IMG/VR virus record: IMGVR_UViG_3300010413_002950
Location: 26,088 to 90,087 of that record
Source of the DNA: a virus
DNA length: 64,000 bases
Direction: 5' to 3' (one strand)
This document shows positions 48,501-57,291 of the stretch, one piece after another. Below the pieces are notes generated by a model. The model searched no databases. It saw only the letters and a list, made by a program, of their open reading frames with translations, and had not been told where the DNA came from. The position numbers and the translations under genes are program-made. Position 1 is the first letter of the stretch. The number at the start of each line of letters is the position of its first letter.

Positions 48501-48666
48501 TTCTTACAAATAGTTTAGCTTCACCATTAGCAATTGATTTTGCTATTTTTGGTGGAGTTATTTTGATACCTTCATCTGGTAGCAAATTGCTTTTATATCC
48601 GCTAGTTGGATATAGCTTTCCGCCATCTTCTAAAGTAGTTGATGTGATCGATTTTTCTTTTTCCAT
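45598..48666 (-). CDS. multidomain prohead protease (C-terminal XkdF/S78-like domain)
   Basis: VTGIVLEPNEVDAHND...GLMH...VESYIAP...GSWV...GDLTGFSIGG; upstream tandem 89-aa repeat and LigD phosphoesterase-like domains. Confidence 0.85.
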   Translation of the reverse strand: MEKEKSITSTTLEDGGKLYPTSGYKSNLLPDEGIKITPPKIAKSIANGEAKLFVRTSLPNFEAIDDKRFLLLSMDKALGTIEFGKSFIIEPNDFAKYEEKHLITEEMQKEWGEVQPSWNYGPFVAWEVKSVNKFDEPMKCKYDRSSLEILAKKIWISDQPKEESEANGPEIIEKREIEITNNLNPENLTIDELVDVHFNLHKAYQKSETLYAEEIMNLHSLVVDELYVRNKLHPVPPDNGLDQESYDFEIYAEKQNKWFELEKAVWSGAYINTLPDSSFLYVETGGKKDEEGKTVPRSLRHFPYKDASGKIDLPHLRNAIARIPQSKIGLSADEISRLQDKARRLLEEETQKAVWSTAYINTLPDSAFLYVESGGKKDDEGKTIPRTLRHFPYKDANGNVDLPHLRNAIARIPQSKIGLSADQLESLQNKARKILEDENKKRERVTRSLEKADLYTSPPKEGQIYKYVVQQHWRGKSVHSDIRMSYSPGKKLIGWTLNTQIPGAVKEPVVTLDQAEKLAKNLSNISKIDWNNDHWGKSEILSEKKSQMPWEWLNVEGKIEKPEPNDPVPAGATREYPGIIDIVAKGTFEYGAQKQDFHEYFFKGSGLNSRIIFRQLNIKKSELAICSGCGSKDEEKILEIAWSGSNELLHLCENCFVEFLKAQGVFSSVQKAEKRIAWLAIRPDDQTPYAISDRAVSKRWMPQAGYSALPSEIRKQIPEKFQYWNETEGAKETRDELVKAIKNGEVDIDFSAPYKKSTTLSKANAKFVLQKQSFGDESKNAIRIDVGNDFVTVLDLSDNPIDNDVVDITIWRDKHKDSIDLNGRTSSKHYINKSIGSASDIKILDSGNATITSETDELIEVIFKGDVLNGLYKIEKVEDNWSFSRVGNFNNFNLSIEKHELKKAEDGKELRLVTGIVLEPNEVDAHNDYEKPETIRKTAHKFLSNYNKDTRMGLMHSEFDDIGIELVESYIAPVKLTLNKKMIKKGSWVMTVHVSSDSVWNKVKSGDLTGFSIGGIATVEGR
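47353..47877 (-). repeat. tandem duplication of an 89-aa domain
   Basis: AVWS.AYINTLPDS.FLYVE.GGKKD.EGKT.PR.LRHFPYKDA.G..DLPHLRNAIARIPQS present twice, 267-nt period. Confidence 0.9.
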
Positions 48667-48675
48667 GTTCGCCTC

Positions 48676-49755
48676 CTAAGACAAATTTGGCAAAATTGAT
48701 TCAATTTCTTCTTGTGTAACATCAAGATTACATCTACATAAATAATGAAATGGTGGCATAATTACATTAGCACCCGATAAATTTCTTGTACCACGAGGAG
48801 CTACCTTGCCAGTTCTACCAGCTAATGACTTTATCTCATTAACAGATCTCCATGGTTGAATTGTTTTTATAGCTGTAGGATTTTTAGCTCCAAGGATATT
48901 GTCTAATTGCGATTGTGCTTCAGACACATAGAATTGCTTGCCATCAAGATACTGACATCTTTCACAAGTTCTATGATCCATTGGATTAATAACTTCAATT
49001 ACCGTATATCCAACCTTTGAGAATTCTCTAAGCTGTGTTGTTGATCTTGCTGAAGTTGCGGCATTAGCTACAAGTCCTTCAAAATACTTTTCATTAGTTC
49101 CGTTAAAGCCACCAGGAACTCTAGCTTCTTTAAGGGCCAGCCTAACAACCCTTTCCATTACCTTACCAGCTGCAGTTCTATTTCTTCCAAGTTCTAGGAT
49201 CTGCCTTTGTGTTGTTTTAGCTATATATGGAGATACATTGTTTTCATAATGTTCACCGATCCAGAATATCTGATGATCGTTTAACACATCCATAGCCCTT
49301 GCATCAGCAAGTTCTAAATCTGGTCTAACCGTTATCTCTTGCTTGGTTACAAATGTTCCTGGATCAAATGTCATTGGCTTTTTTCTAACGCCATAGGCAC
49401 GCTTTCTAGCTGCCATATGTGCCAATTCATATATTCTCTCTGTCTCTTTTGTAAACCTTTTCCTTATAGACTTAGGCCATTCGGCCATAACAGATGCTAT
49501 TTTCTTTAGCATTCTATCAATTTCTGTATCCGTTATTTCTTCTGATTTGCCTTTCTTTATGATATTAGCTGCTTCTTTAGCTGCATCTATAGATATTGTA
49601 TCCCATTGTCTATTAATATAAGTATGAAGATTTTTCTCTATCTTAGCTGCCTGAATCAATTCATCGTTGGATACAGCTTTAGCTATTAGATAATCAACAG
49701 CCGATATTCTATCAAAGTAATGATCGTTATGTCCACAACTACAGATCATCTTCAC
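48676..49755 (-). CDS. head morphogenesis protein (SPP1 gp7/Mu gpF-like)
   Basis: DHRTCERCQYLDG...PPFHYLCRC. Confidence 0.88.
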   Translation of the reverse strand: MKMICSCGHNDHYFDRISAVDYLIAKAVSNDELIQAAKIEKNLHTYINRQWDTISIDAAKEAANIIKKGKSEEITDTEIDRMLKKIASVMAEWPKSIRKRFTKETERIYELAHMAARKRAYGVRKKPMTFDPGTFVTKQEITVRPDLELADARAMDVLNDHQIFWIGEHYENNVSPYIAKTTQRQILELGRNRTAAGKVMERVVRLALKEARVPGGFNGTNEKYFEGLVANAATSARSTTQLREFSKVGYTVIEVINPMDHRTCERCQYLDGKQFYVSEAQSQLDNILGAKNPTAIKTIQPWRSVNEIKSLAGRTGKVAPRGTRNLSGANVIMPPFHYLCRCNLDVTQEEIESILPNLS

Positions 49756-51439
49756 CTTTCAGCTCATTAACCCAATCTTCTTCAAGCTGTTTTCTCAATT
49801 CAAACAATTCTTCAACGTATTCCTTATATCCTAATCTCTTTAAGGCTGTTACTTGTTGCCCTGGCTCAGAAGCATCAGCCATATTCTTGACAGCTTCAGC
49901 CATAGACAAGCTAAATGGAAGATCTGGATTGAACCTTGGATCATCAGCAAATGGCGGTAGCTCTTGTCCAAGAATATCCTGAAGGACCATGTCTGCCCTT
50001 CTTGGAGTCATACCGCCGGTTTTTTCAGCTCCAGCCAATATCTTGACAAGCTCTGAATTGTCTGTTGTGTTAGGGCTATTGCTCTTAAATTTATGATAGA
50101 CAATTCCCATATGCGGAAATAAAATTCTGTTAATCCAGTTATCAAATGAATTTCTCTCAGGAGCAAATACCTGCTCATCAGCTAATCTTCTAGAAGTTTC
50201 AGCTGTAGCTCTACTATAATCATCTGCTTTTCCAAGGAATATAGGTGGAAGCCTAAAAGATGAACGAACCTTTTCCCTATTAGCTGCAGAATATTCTTTA
50301 TACATAGCATCAGTTAGGGTTTCATCTGTTAATGATTTGATATCTACCTTAACCTGTCCTGAATCTTCTCCCTCTTCTCCAAGTGATTCGGCCTCAACCA
50401 CTAGAACCTTAGATCTGTTGTCGTCTCCTTGTAGCTTTGTGATAAATTCCTGAATTCTGTCAACCGTTTCTTGAGTAAGTTGGCCATTACTTACCATGAT
50501 AACTTTGCTAGGTATATTGTTATTTGTAAGAGTTATAAAGTTTACTTCAGAAGCTTTTCTATCGCCTTCTATATCTACTATGCACCCCATAAATCTAGGC
50601 AACCCATATGAACTTCTAGAAGAATATAGCCTCCAATGCTTAACTTCATTTGCCTTTCTGTCTTCTGGCATTGGGTTTCCATTACCATCCCAATCCTTAA
50701 TCTTTTCTTCAGAAACCAATTCTCCAGTTTCAGAATCATATGTTCTTGGATCGCCAAATTCCTTGAACCATTTTGTTTTATAGGTTCTTGTTTCAAATTC
50801 TCTAATACCAACATATATACTATTTACATAACGCCTAAACCGTTTCCACACTGGTATCTTCTTAATTGTTACGCTTTTATCTTCATTAAGCTGTAGAATT
50901 GGGACCTGTACTAAATAAGATTCTCGATCAAGCCTTCCAAGCCTAACCTCATGTGGTCTCATCAATTGGAAATACTGAATTTTACCAGCTGAATCTCTAA
51001 TAATTTCCCAATATGCATTTCCCGTAGATTCTAGATCGTTTCTGGTAGCTTTCCTAAGATCAACAAAGCAATCTTCCATTCCAGCATATAAGAAAAAGTT
51101 CTCTAGCTTAATTCTTTCTAATTCAACCTTCTTCTTTATATCTTCTGGTATTTCTGCGTTATCATTAAGGCGAGAAACAAAATAATGCCCAAAGCCATCA
51201 ATATTTGTAGCCATAGCATCAAAGCAAGATCTAAGCTCTGTATTTCTTTCTTCGAGAGTAACCAAATAGTATGGATCAATTGGTGGAGACAGAATTTTAC
51301 CCATCTCTGTAAGTTGAGTAAATGGATCATCTTCTGGAAGCTGTTTTGATTTTCCTGGTTCTGTAGCTGCCTTAAGGACAATAGCTCTAACTTTTCTAAC
51401 TTTCTTTTTGCTATCCACTATCTGAGTTGCATCTTGCAT
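49739..51439 (-). CDS. portal protein (PBSX-like)
   Basis: DLESTGNAYWEIIRD, YGLP, FRLPPIFLG motifs; follows terminase. Confidence 0.92.
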   Translation of the reverse strand: MQDATQIVDSKKKVRKVRAIVLKAATEPGKSKQLPEDDPFTQLTEMGKILSPPIDPYYLVTLEERNTELRSCFDAMATNIDGFGHYFVSRLNDNAEIPEDIKKKVELERIKLENFFLYAGMEDCFVDLRKATRNDLESTGNAYWEIIRDSAGKIQYFQLMRPHEVRLGRLDRESYLVQVPILQLNEDKSVTIKKIPVWKRFRRYVNSIYVGIREFETRTYKTKWFKEFGDPRTYDSETGELVSEEKIKDWDGNGNPMPEDRKANEVKHWRLYSSRSSYGLPRFMGCIVDIEGDRKASEVNFITLTNNNIPSKVIMVSNGQLTQETVDRIQEFITKLQGDDNRSKVLVVEAESLGEEGEDSGQVKVDIKSLTDETLTDAMYKEYSAANREKVRSSFRLPPIFLGKADDYSRATAETSRRLADEQVFAPERNSFDNWINRILFPHMGIVYHKFKSNSPNTTDNSELVKILAGAEKTGGMTPRRADMVLQDILGQELPPFADDPRFNPDLPFSLSMAEAVKNMADASEPGQQVTALKRLGYKEYVEELFELRKQLEEDWVNELKGEDDL

Positions 51440-51447
51440 ATTAACCT

Positions 51448-52953
51448 CTATAATAATCCAAATGATTTACGCTTTTTCTTTTTACCTACTCTTCTTTTTG
51501 CTGATCCAATTGCATGATCAAGCGCATCAAAAAAATCCCAATGCTTTTTAGAATTCGGCTGAATAAGAACTAGATTTTCTATTGGCTCATGGTGTACACC
51601 TTTTCTAAAATACATTCGCTTATTATCAAAAACAGATCCAGCCAATTTCCATGCTCTAGAAATCTTATCCTTGCTGGTTTGCCTCTTGTAAATTCTAAAA
51701 TTTGGATGTTTCTCTTTTATGATTTGCCGAAGTGAATCTTGATACTGATTAGATTCTATACCAGCATAAATTGGATCCCACTTGAGATAGAATTCTACAA
51801 ATTTATCTGGTTGCTTAGTTGGCCTAAGATGTCCAAGATAATAGTCTAATAGATAAACATAGAAATCATCTTTTCTGATATTGCCTCTAATACCCACTAC
51901 AGCTATAGCAAATTTGTCATTGATTTCTTTTTCAGTTGAAGCAAGATCAACTCCCATGAATACCTTTAGATCATTAGCTTTGGGGAATTCTTTATCTTCT
52001 AATTCTATGCAATTATCATACTTGAAGATCTCGCCCTTCATCTCTTCTGTAGAACATTGATATTGACTAGCAAAAATTATTAGTCCTGCATTTTGCCTAA
52101 TCTCCTTAAATCTAGCAGGCGAAAATTTCTCAGGCCATGGCGAATTTCCCATTTCATCCAATGCTGGAATTACCTGAGTATAATTCTTAAGCTCATTAGC
52201 TTCTAGATGACCATATAGATCTTCAAAATGATATCGTGTACCTTGCCTATGAATTTCTCCCCTATGTGGAATGTCTGGATCTGGTTGCTCCATCATGGGA
52301 AGGACAGTCTTATAATAATATGTTTTTGTCTTATCTCTCATTACTGATGTTCTAGCATTTTCTTCTGTAATGAGATCATCTATAAAAGCTATATCAAAAT
52401 GCTTAGAGGTAATTGTACTATCTTCACCAACACAGGTTATAGTTGATTCTTTGGCTACTTGCGTTCTACCAAGAACCATTATCTCAGAATTGTCCCACTT
52501 CTCTACCTTTCTAGGATCATAGAATTCACCAAATATCTCTATTAGCCTTTCATTACCTACGAGCTGTGATTTTACCTCTCTAAGAAAGCCTTCAGAATTT
52601 GTCTTGCTTTTACTACAGAAAAGCTGTCTAATATTTCTGTTTTTGATAATATGGAATATTGATCTGGTTACTGTGCAAATAGTTGTTTTGCCAGATCCAC
52701 GAAAAACAAGCTGTAAATTGTCAGGATGCAAAAATTGCCATTGCATCATTTTTAAATGAAATGGCTTTACTGTATAACCAAGAACCTCTTTGGCAAGTAT
52801 GTCAACCCGATTATTTTCTATAACCTGAGTTCTGATCCAATTATTCATCGCGGTTTTTTGCTGTTGGTATACCAGCTGAAGCTCAGATCTTTCCATTTTA
52901 TCAAGCTTCTTGGCTACTCCGCGATATAATGGAACTATGTTGGTCTTGCCCAT
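51448..52953 (-). CDS. terL: terminase large subunit
   Basis: FRGSGKT Walker A, AFIDD Walker B, GTRYH, GVDLA and DFFDA nuclease motifs. Confidence 0.93.
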   Translation of the reverse strand: MGKTNIVPLYRGVAKKLDKMERSELQLVYQQQKTAMNNWIRTQVIENNRVDILAKEVLGYTVKPFHLKMMQWQFLHPDNLQLVFRGSGKTTICTVTRSIFHIIKNRNIRQLFCSKSKTNSEGFLREVKSQLVGNERLIEIFGEFYDPRKVEKWDNSEIMVLGRTQVAKESTITCVGEDSTITSKHFDIAFIDDLITEENARTSVMRDKTKTYYYKTVLPMMEQPDPDIPHRGEIHRQGTRYHFEDLYGHLEANELKNYTQVIPALDEMGNSPWPEKFSPARFKEIRQNAGLIIFASQYQCSTEEMKGEIFKYDNCIELEDKEFPKANDLKVFMGVDLASTEKEINDKFAIAVVGIRGNIRKDDFYVYLLDYYLGHLRPTKQPDKFVEFYLKWDPIYAGIESNQYQDSLRQIIKEKHPNFRIYKRQTSKDKISRAWKLAGSVFDNKRMYFRKGVHHEPIENLVLIQPNSKKHWDFFDALDHAIGSAKRRVGKKKKRKSFGLL

Positions 52954-52955
52954 AT

Positions 52956-52991
52956 TAAAAAGCTAGGTAGCAGCCAAAGCCACTACCTAGC
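52956..52991 (-). terminator. intrinsic terminator immediately upstream of terL
   Basis: GCTAGGTAG...CTACCTAGC stem followed by TTTTT on the minus strand. Confidence 0.75.
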
Positions 52992-53008
52992 ACCATGCGA
53001 GTTACGGC

Positions 53009-53320
53009 CTAGTCGAATGCCTCCCAAACAATTAGCTCAGCAGAAGCGTTAAGATCTGCATCAGCACCAATAGTAAACCCGTTAGACAAAGGAGTAATAC
53101 CATTGGAAGTCACATAAGAGAGATCCGTGGTTCCAGCCCCAGAATCAACGGTTTTTTGCATAGAAGCGTCGGGCATCTCACGATTCCAATATGCCTGAGC
53201 ATTTCCAGTCAAATTGAATAAGCGTACAAGCCGTGGCCGAAAGCTCAACTTCGTAACATTGATTGCACTGCCAGTGCCATTTACGCTACCTACCATTACT
53301 CTATTTTTACCACTTGCCAT
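53009..53320 (-). CDS. small probable virion (decoration-like) protein
   Basis: Strong AGGAGGT SD, own terminator, Gly/Ser/Thr-rich beta protein. Confidence 0.7.
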   Translation of the reverse strand: MASGKNRVMVGSVNGTGSAINVTKLSFRPRLVRLFNLTGNAQAYWNREMPDASMQKTVDSGAGTTDLSYVTSNGITPLSNGFTIGADADLNASAELIVWEAFD

Positions 53321-53405
53321 TTTTCACCTCCTGTGAAAGGCGCTCTTGACAGCTACATGACCAGCAAGAACCAAGTAGCCTGTTTCACCATGAAACTGGA
53401 GCGCA
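53321..53405 (-). promoter_or_regulatory. candidate structured 5' leader (three-way junction plus SD hairpin)
   Basis: GCGCTC/GAGCGC closing stem enclosing GTTTCA/TGAAAC and GCTAC/GTAGC stems, then TTTCAC-AGGAG-GTGAAA. Confidence 0.45.
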
Positions 53406-53411
53406 TTAATT

Positions 53412-54050
53412 TCATTTTGTTTTTACCTTTTTATTCTTATCCTTAAGTATTGGAACTTTAGGAATTGGCTGATGGATAGGGCCTACATCAAGGGCAGTAA
53501 TGTCCCTATCGCCATATCGCATCATGGTTTCAGAAAACCCTTTCATTTCACTGGTAAGATATTGAATGATCTCAACCTTACTCATGTTGAAGATCACATC
53601 TCCAGGATTGGCTTTAGCTTTATCTTTTTGTTCGATTAGTCCAAACTCTTGCCCAGTTTTGACTATCTTATCGATTATATCCGACTTTGCCCTAACAGCC
53701 CCTACATAGCCAGCTATGTTTCTGGCTTTATGCTGCTTGCGACGGCTATACGATTCATCTAAATCATCATCAATCTCATCTTCTACAAGCCCAAAGCTTT
53801 TGATGAGATTGTCTAGATCGCTTATGCAACGCTGTTGCTCCAGAACATACTCAACATAGGTATGCTCGGATGGCTTCTTTAGAGCAATATCAACTTCGTG
53901 ATCTAAGTATTTCTGCTTTAGATCTTCAAATTCCTCGAATGAGATGCCAAATTCAGAAGCTATCTCTTCATCGGAATTCCCCTCTGTAATGAAAGCTCTT
54001 AGCTTAGCAAAAGCCGAACGTAGTTCTTTCCCTCGTAATACCAGCGACAT
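53412..54050 (-). CDS. putative terminase small subunit
   Basis: N-terminal HTH (SDEEIASEFGIS), helical; first gene of the packaging cluster. Confidence 0.6.
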   Translation of the reverse strand: MSLVLRGKELRSAFAKLRAFITEGNSDEEIASEFGISFEEFEDLKQKYLDHEVDIALKKPSEHTYVEYVLEQQRCISDLDNLIKSFGLVEDEIDDDLDESYSRRKQHKARNIAGYVGAVRAKSDIIDKIVKTGQEFGLIEQKDKAKANPGDVIFNMSKVEIIQYLTSEMKGFSETMMRYGDRDITALDVGPIHQPIPKVPILKDKNKKVKTK

Positions 54051-54056
54051 AGGAAA

Positions 54057-54085
54057 AATATGCCACTAGTAGAACTATGTGTCTA
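54057..54085 (-). promoter_or_regulatory. putative promoter of the packaging/late operon
   Basis: TAGACA-N17-CATATT 6 nt upstream of ATG 54050; no SD. Confidence 0.35.
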
Positions 54086-54288
54086 GCTTTTGTGTAATTT
54101 GATATTGAGATTGTAACTATTGATATTGCTAATGGTCTATTTGTTGCTCATGTTTTGGCAGTGGCTCAAATCCATTTAGCATAACAAAAGTTGTTTTTGC
54201 CAAATCTCCCATGCAGTGGATATTTCCGTTCTCATCCCAGCATTCAGGAGATAAAAAATGGCACTTTTCGCATAATCTTCTCTGCTTT

Positions 54289-54891
54289 TCACTGGTTACT
54301 TGCACGACAACCTTCTATCTCTTCAACTTTTTTACCACAATGCTGTAAGTTAAGGCCGATTTCATTAGATTTTTTGCCATCAGGGTTTATGATCATGAGC
54401 GTATAGCTACCTGGCACAAAGCCATATTCATCATTCAAGATAAGATCGTCTCTAGTTCTAAAACTAATCATACTAATATCAACCCAATCAATTAGCTTTC
54501 TATTGCATTCATCTACAAGATTTCGATCAATTGTTGTATATTTTTTATCCAATTTGTATTTTATCTTTAAAGTAGATCTCCAGTGTATAAACATACCAAC
54601 TATATATATTTCTATATCTTTATTTATACACCCATCCTTAGGTACAACTTCATACAAAATTGGCTTTGGCAAAATCTGTTCTCTTATTTCTGATTTAGAT
54701 TCTGTTGGGCTTGTTTCTTTTTCAATATCAACTACAGCTGAATCAATATCAACTGCTTCAATTTGCTTAGAGCTATCTGTTTCTATTACCGTGTAGCTAT
54801 CAGCTATAGTTTCTTCTGCCATTTCATCTTCAGTTGTGTAGCTCATGTAGCAGCAATTAAGAAATATTAATAAGATTATTGGTTTTTTCAT
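54289..54891 (-). CDS. secreted/lipoprotein with IPT/TIG-like domain
   Basis: MKKPIILLIFLNCC signal; P.LYEVVP..G and PGSYTLMIINPDGKKSN. Confidence 0.65.
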   Translation of the reverse strand: MKKPIILLIFLNCCYMSYTTEDEMAEETIADSYTVIETDSSKQIEAVDIDSAVVDIEKETSPTESKSEIREQILPKPILYEVVPKDGCINKDIEIYIVGMFIHWRSTLKIKYKLDKKYTTIDRNLVDECNRKLIDWVDISMISFRTRDDLILNDEYGFVPGSYTLMIINPDGKKSNEIGLNLQHCGKKVEEIEGCRASNQ

Positions 54892-55130
54892 TTTACTCTC
54901 CAATTTACAGTATCAATTACATTGACATCACAGTTAATCCAATTTTGCTTTAGCCAGATTTCTGCAAATCCAGCTTCTGTTTCCATCTGTAGTTTGGGCT
55001 CAATGCACATTTTCATAGCCACAGACTTTTCTGGGAATGGCGTAGTACTATCTGATACACGAAAAACAATAGTGTCTACAAATTTGCCACGTAGTATATC
55101 AACCGATTTTACTTCAAATGATATTTTCAT
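54888..55130 (-). CDS. hypothetical protein
   Basis: Coupled ORF. Confidence 0.6.
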   Translation of the reverse strand: MKISFEVKSVDILRGKFVDTIVFRVSDSTTPFPEKSVAMKMCIEPKLQMETEAGFAEIWLKQNWINCDVNVIDTVNWRVK

Positions 55131-55333
55131 TTGTTTCCTTTCAAGATCCTAACCCTATGCTCATAGCCATAGCCACCAGGAGCTTTTTTGAATTCGGCAA
55201 AAGCTATGGTAAATTTATCTGTACAGCGATTGCCACATTGTTCTGCAGATACAGAGCACACTGGGCAATCTAGTAAGTTATCTCCAGCTTCTTGGTATTT
55301 GCGAAATAGCTTTTGAAATTCGGTTTCTGTCAT
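55127..55333 (-). CDS. hypothetical protein (Cys motif)
   Basis: Coupled ORF. Confidence 0.6.
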   Translation of the reverse strand: MTETEFQKLFRKYQEAGDNLLDCPVCSVSAEQCGNRCTDKFTIAFAEFKKAPGGYGYEHRVRILKGNK

Positions 55334-56115
55334 TTTTCACACTCCACCCAAAAATCGGTTACTCGCCATTTGGTTATAGCTTTATGACAGTCTATGTCTC
55401 TAAACCATACTGCAATTATGGTTACGTCTTTATATTCATAGCCATTTTTCTTAAGCCAAAACTTTACATGTTCGATTGTTGGTTTAACATGTAAGCCAGG
55501 ATGACAATCGGTATATGGACACGTACTAAAAACTGGAGCTGTATACAAATTGCCAGAGCTATATCCACTGCTTTTTACGACAGGACTATGAGCTGTACGA
55601 TAACCCTTACACCATACTTGCCCTGAACGGGTAGTAATTTTCTCAAAGTCGTTAGCATTTGCATTAGGCAAATTTGTTAGATCTAACACAGTATTTGCCA
55701 AATCGGCTCCTTGCAAATTGGCTCCTTGCAAATCGGCTTCTCGCAAATTGGCATATCGCAAATTGGCATCTTGCAAATCGGCTCCTTGCAAATCGGCATA
55801 TCGCAAATTGGCTCCTTGCAAATCGGCATATCGCAAATCGGCTCCTCGCAAATTGGCATCTTGCAAATTGGCATATCGCAAATCGGCATATCGCAAATCG
55901 GCATCTTGCAAATCGGCATATCGCAAATCGGCTCCTCGCAAATCGGCTCCTTGCAAATCGGCATCTTGCAAATCGGCATATCGCAAATCGGCTTCTCGCA
56001 AATCGGCTCCTTGCAAATCGGCTCCTCGAAAATCGGCATATCGCAAATCGGCTCCTTGCAAATCGGCTCCTTGCAAATCGGCAAATGGTTTTATTTCATG
56101 TCCGTTTCTTTTCAT
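55330..56115 (-). CDS. pentapeptide repeat protein 1
   Basis: A(D/N)L(Q/R)X repeats; distinct C-terminal domain (CHPGLH). Confidence 0.92.
   Translation of the reverse strand: MKRNGHEIKPFADLQGADLQGADLRYADFRGADLQGADLREADLRYADLQDADLQGADLRGADLRYADLQDADLRYADLRYANLQDANLRGADLRYADLQGANLRYADLQGADLQDANLRYANLREADLQGANLQGADLANTVLDLTNLPNANANDFEKITTRSGQVWCKGYRTAHSPVVKSSGYSSGNLYTAPVFSTCPYTDCHPGLHVKPTIEHVKFWLKKNGYEYKDVTIIAVWFRDIDCHKAITKWRVTDFWVECEK
55696..56084. repeat. 15-bp coding tandem repeat (pentapeptide array)
   Basis: GCAAAT(C/T)GGC-N5 units. Confidence 0.9.
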
Positions 56116-56136
56116 CTTGTTTCCTTTCAACGGTTT

Positions 56137-56334
56137 CTATACTTCTGTAAGTGTTTCAATATCCTCAAGATCAGAGATAAGAAAATCAATCATTCTTATC
56201 ATTTCTGATGGATCTTCCAATTCTGAAACCAATTTCTTAAGATCGTTTGCATACTCTTTAGCTGATTCTATAGATTTGCCAATTTCTCTTGATGCTTTTT
56301 CAAGATAAATATCTACATCTCTTAAACTATTCAT
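56137..56334 (-). CDS. hypothetical protein
   Basis: AGGAG SD, coupled. Confidence 0.6.
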   Translation of the reverse strand: MNSLRDVDIYLEKASREIGKSIESAKEYANDLKKLVSELEDPSEMIRMIDFLISDLEDIETLTEV

Positions 56335-56522
56335 TGTTTACTCCTTTCAACTATGTAGATAGTGCGATCGGCTACTTTGCCAGTTTTCAAGAATAGCACT
56401 TTCCAATATTCTGTTTCTCCCTCATAGATTATATGTAATTTGCGAATAAGCTTAGCTAAGCCTTGAGAATGTCTTCTGGTCAAAGGATCATCATAGATCT
56501 CTACTATGTCTCCAGCTTTCAT
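56331..56522 (-). CDS. hypothetical protein (SH3-like small beta domain)
   Basis: MKAGDIVEIY start; in operon. Confidence 0.6.
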   Translation of the reverse strand: MKAGDIVEIYDDPLTRRHSQGLAKLIRKLHIIYEGETEYWKVLFLKTGKVADRTIYIVERSKQ

Positions 56523-56525
56523 GTC

Positions 56526-56693
56526 TCACTCTGTCACATCCGTTACGGTTGCTAAGCCCACAGCTTTACGAATGATCTCTTTCATTAGCCGATGTCTTTT
56601 TACTCCAGCTTTTTTGGCCTTTTTGTCTAAGGCATTGAATTCTTCAGCTGATAGCCTTATTGATACTGGTCTTGTTTTTGTTTCAGTCTTCAC
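56526..56693 (-). CDS. ribbon-helix-helix DNA-binding protein
   Basis: VSIRLSAEEFNALDKKAKKAGVKRHRLMKEII; GTG start after GGAGG. Confidence 0.75.
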   Translation of the reverse strand: MKTETKTRPVSIRLSAEEFNALDKKAKKAGVKRHRLMKEIIRKAVGLATVTDVTE

Positions 56694-56880
56694 CTTGCAT
56701 CCTCCATATCTTTTCTTGGATATCATCAAGAACTTCGTCCACAGAATATCCATCAAATAGTTTTTCATTCAATGCCATTACAGCATATATAGCATATCTA
56801 GCTTTTTCTTTATCGAAATTGCTTCGATCGTCATAAGTCATGTTCCACACAAAATTGCTTATGAATTCATGTAGGTTCAT
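56683..56880 (-). CDS. hypothetical protein
   Basis: TAATG coupling; similar in layout to the neighbour 56880..57077. Confidence 0.6.
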   Translation of the reverse strand: MNLHEFISNFVWNMTYDDRSNFDKEKARYAIYAVMALNEKLFDGYSVDEVLDDIQEKIWRMQGED

Positions 56881-57077
56881 TAGTTACAATACCTTTCATA
56901 GAAAATGATATCTTCTATAGCGTCTAGCACTTCATCTTTAACCAAATGTTGCCAGCTGCCTTCAACCTTGATCACATCAGAAACCGCATAGCCCCATGAT
57001 TCGCGATCGTAGTTAATTACCTCTCTTGAATTCATGGCATCTACAATTTCTGTAGCTGCCTGTTTAGCCGTTATCAT
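56880..57077 (-). CDS. hypothetical protein
   Basis: GGAGG SD. Confidence 0.65.
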   Translation of the reverse strand: MITAKQAATEIVDAMNSREVINYDRESWGYAVSDVIKVEGSWQHLVKDEVLDAIEDIIFYERYCN

Positions 57078-57291
57078 GAAACCTCCATTTTAGCTCTAGA
57101 TTTAGCTTATGAACTTCTTTATTTGCGCCTAAGTATAGATTAATTCCGGTTCTTACATTAAAGAATTGAACATCTAAGATACGTGCGTTATCACGTTCTC
57201 GTATTACCCTATAAACCGGAAGAACCAACTTTGTTCTCAAATCTTCTGCAAAGCAGAAATAGTCGTCTTTCTTAAGGTCAAATAGCTTCAT
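57064..57291 (-). CDS. hypothetical protein
   Basis: Overlapping operon ORF. Confidence 0.6.
   Translation of the reverse strand: MKLFDLKKDDYFCFAEDLRTKLVLPVYRVIRERDNARILDVQFFNVRTGINLYLGANKEVHKLNLELKWRFHDNG

Noticed and set aside
54051-54288. Non-coding gap upstream of terS as a genome terminus or pac site
   Set aside because: Position is suggestive, but no terminal repeat or cos-like motif is visible; read-end data would be needed.
55674-56308. Long alternative-frame and antisense ORFs (MPICKEPICK..., LLANR..., QIGSL...), also at 62348-62876
   Set aside because: They are shadows of the 15-bp pentapeptide repeat, which happens to lack stops in the other frames; no SD or independent features.
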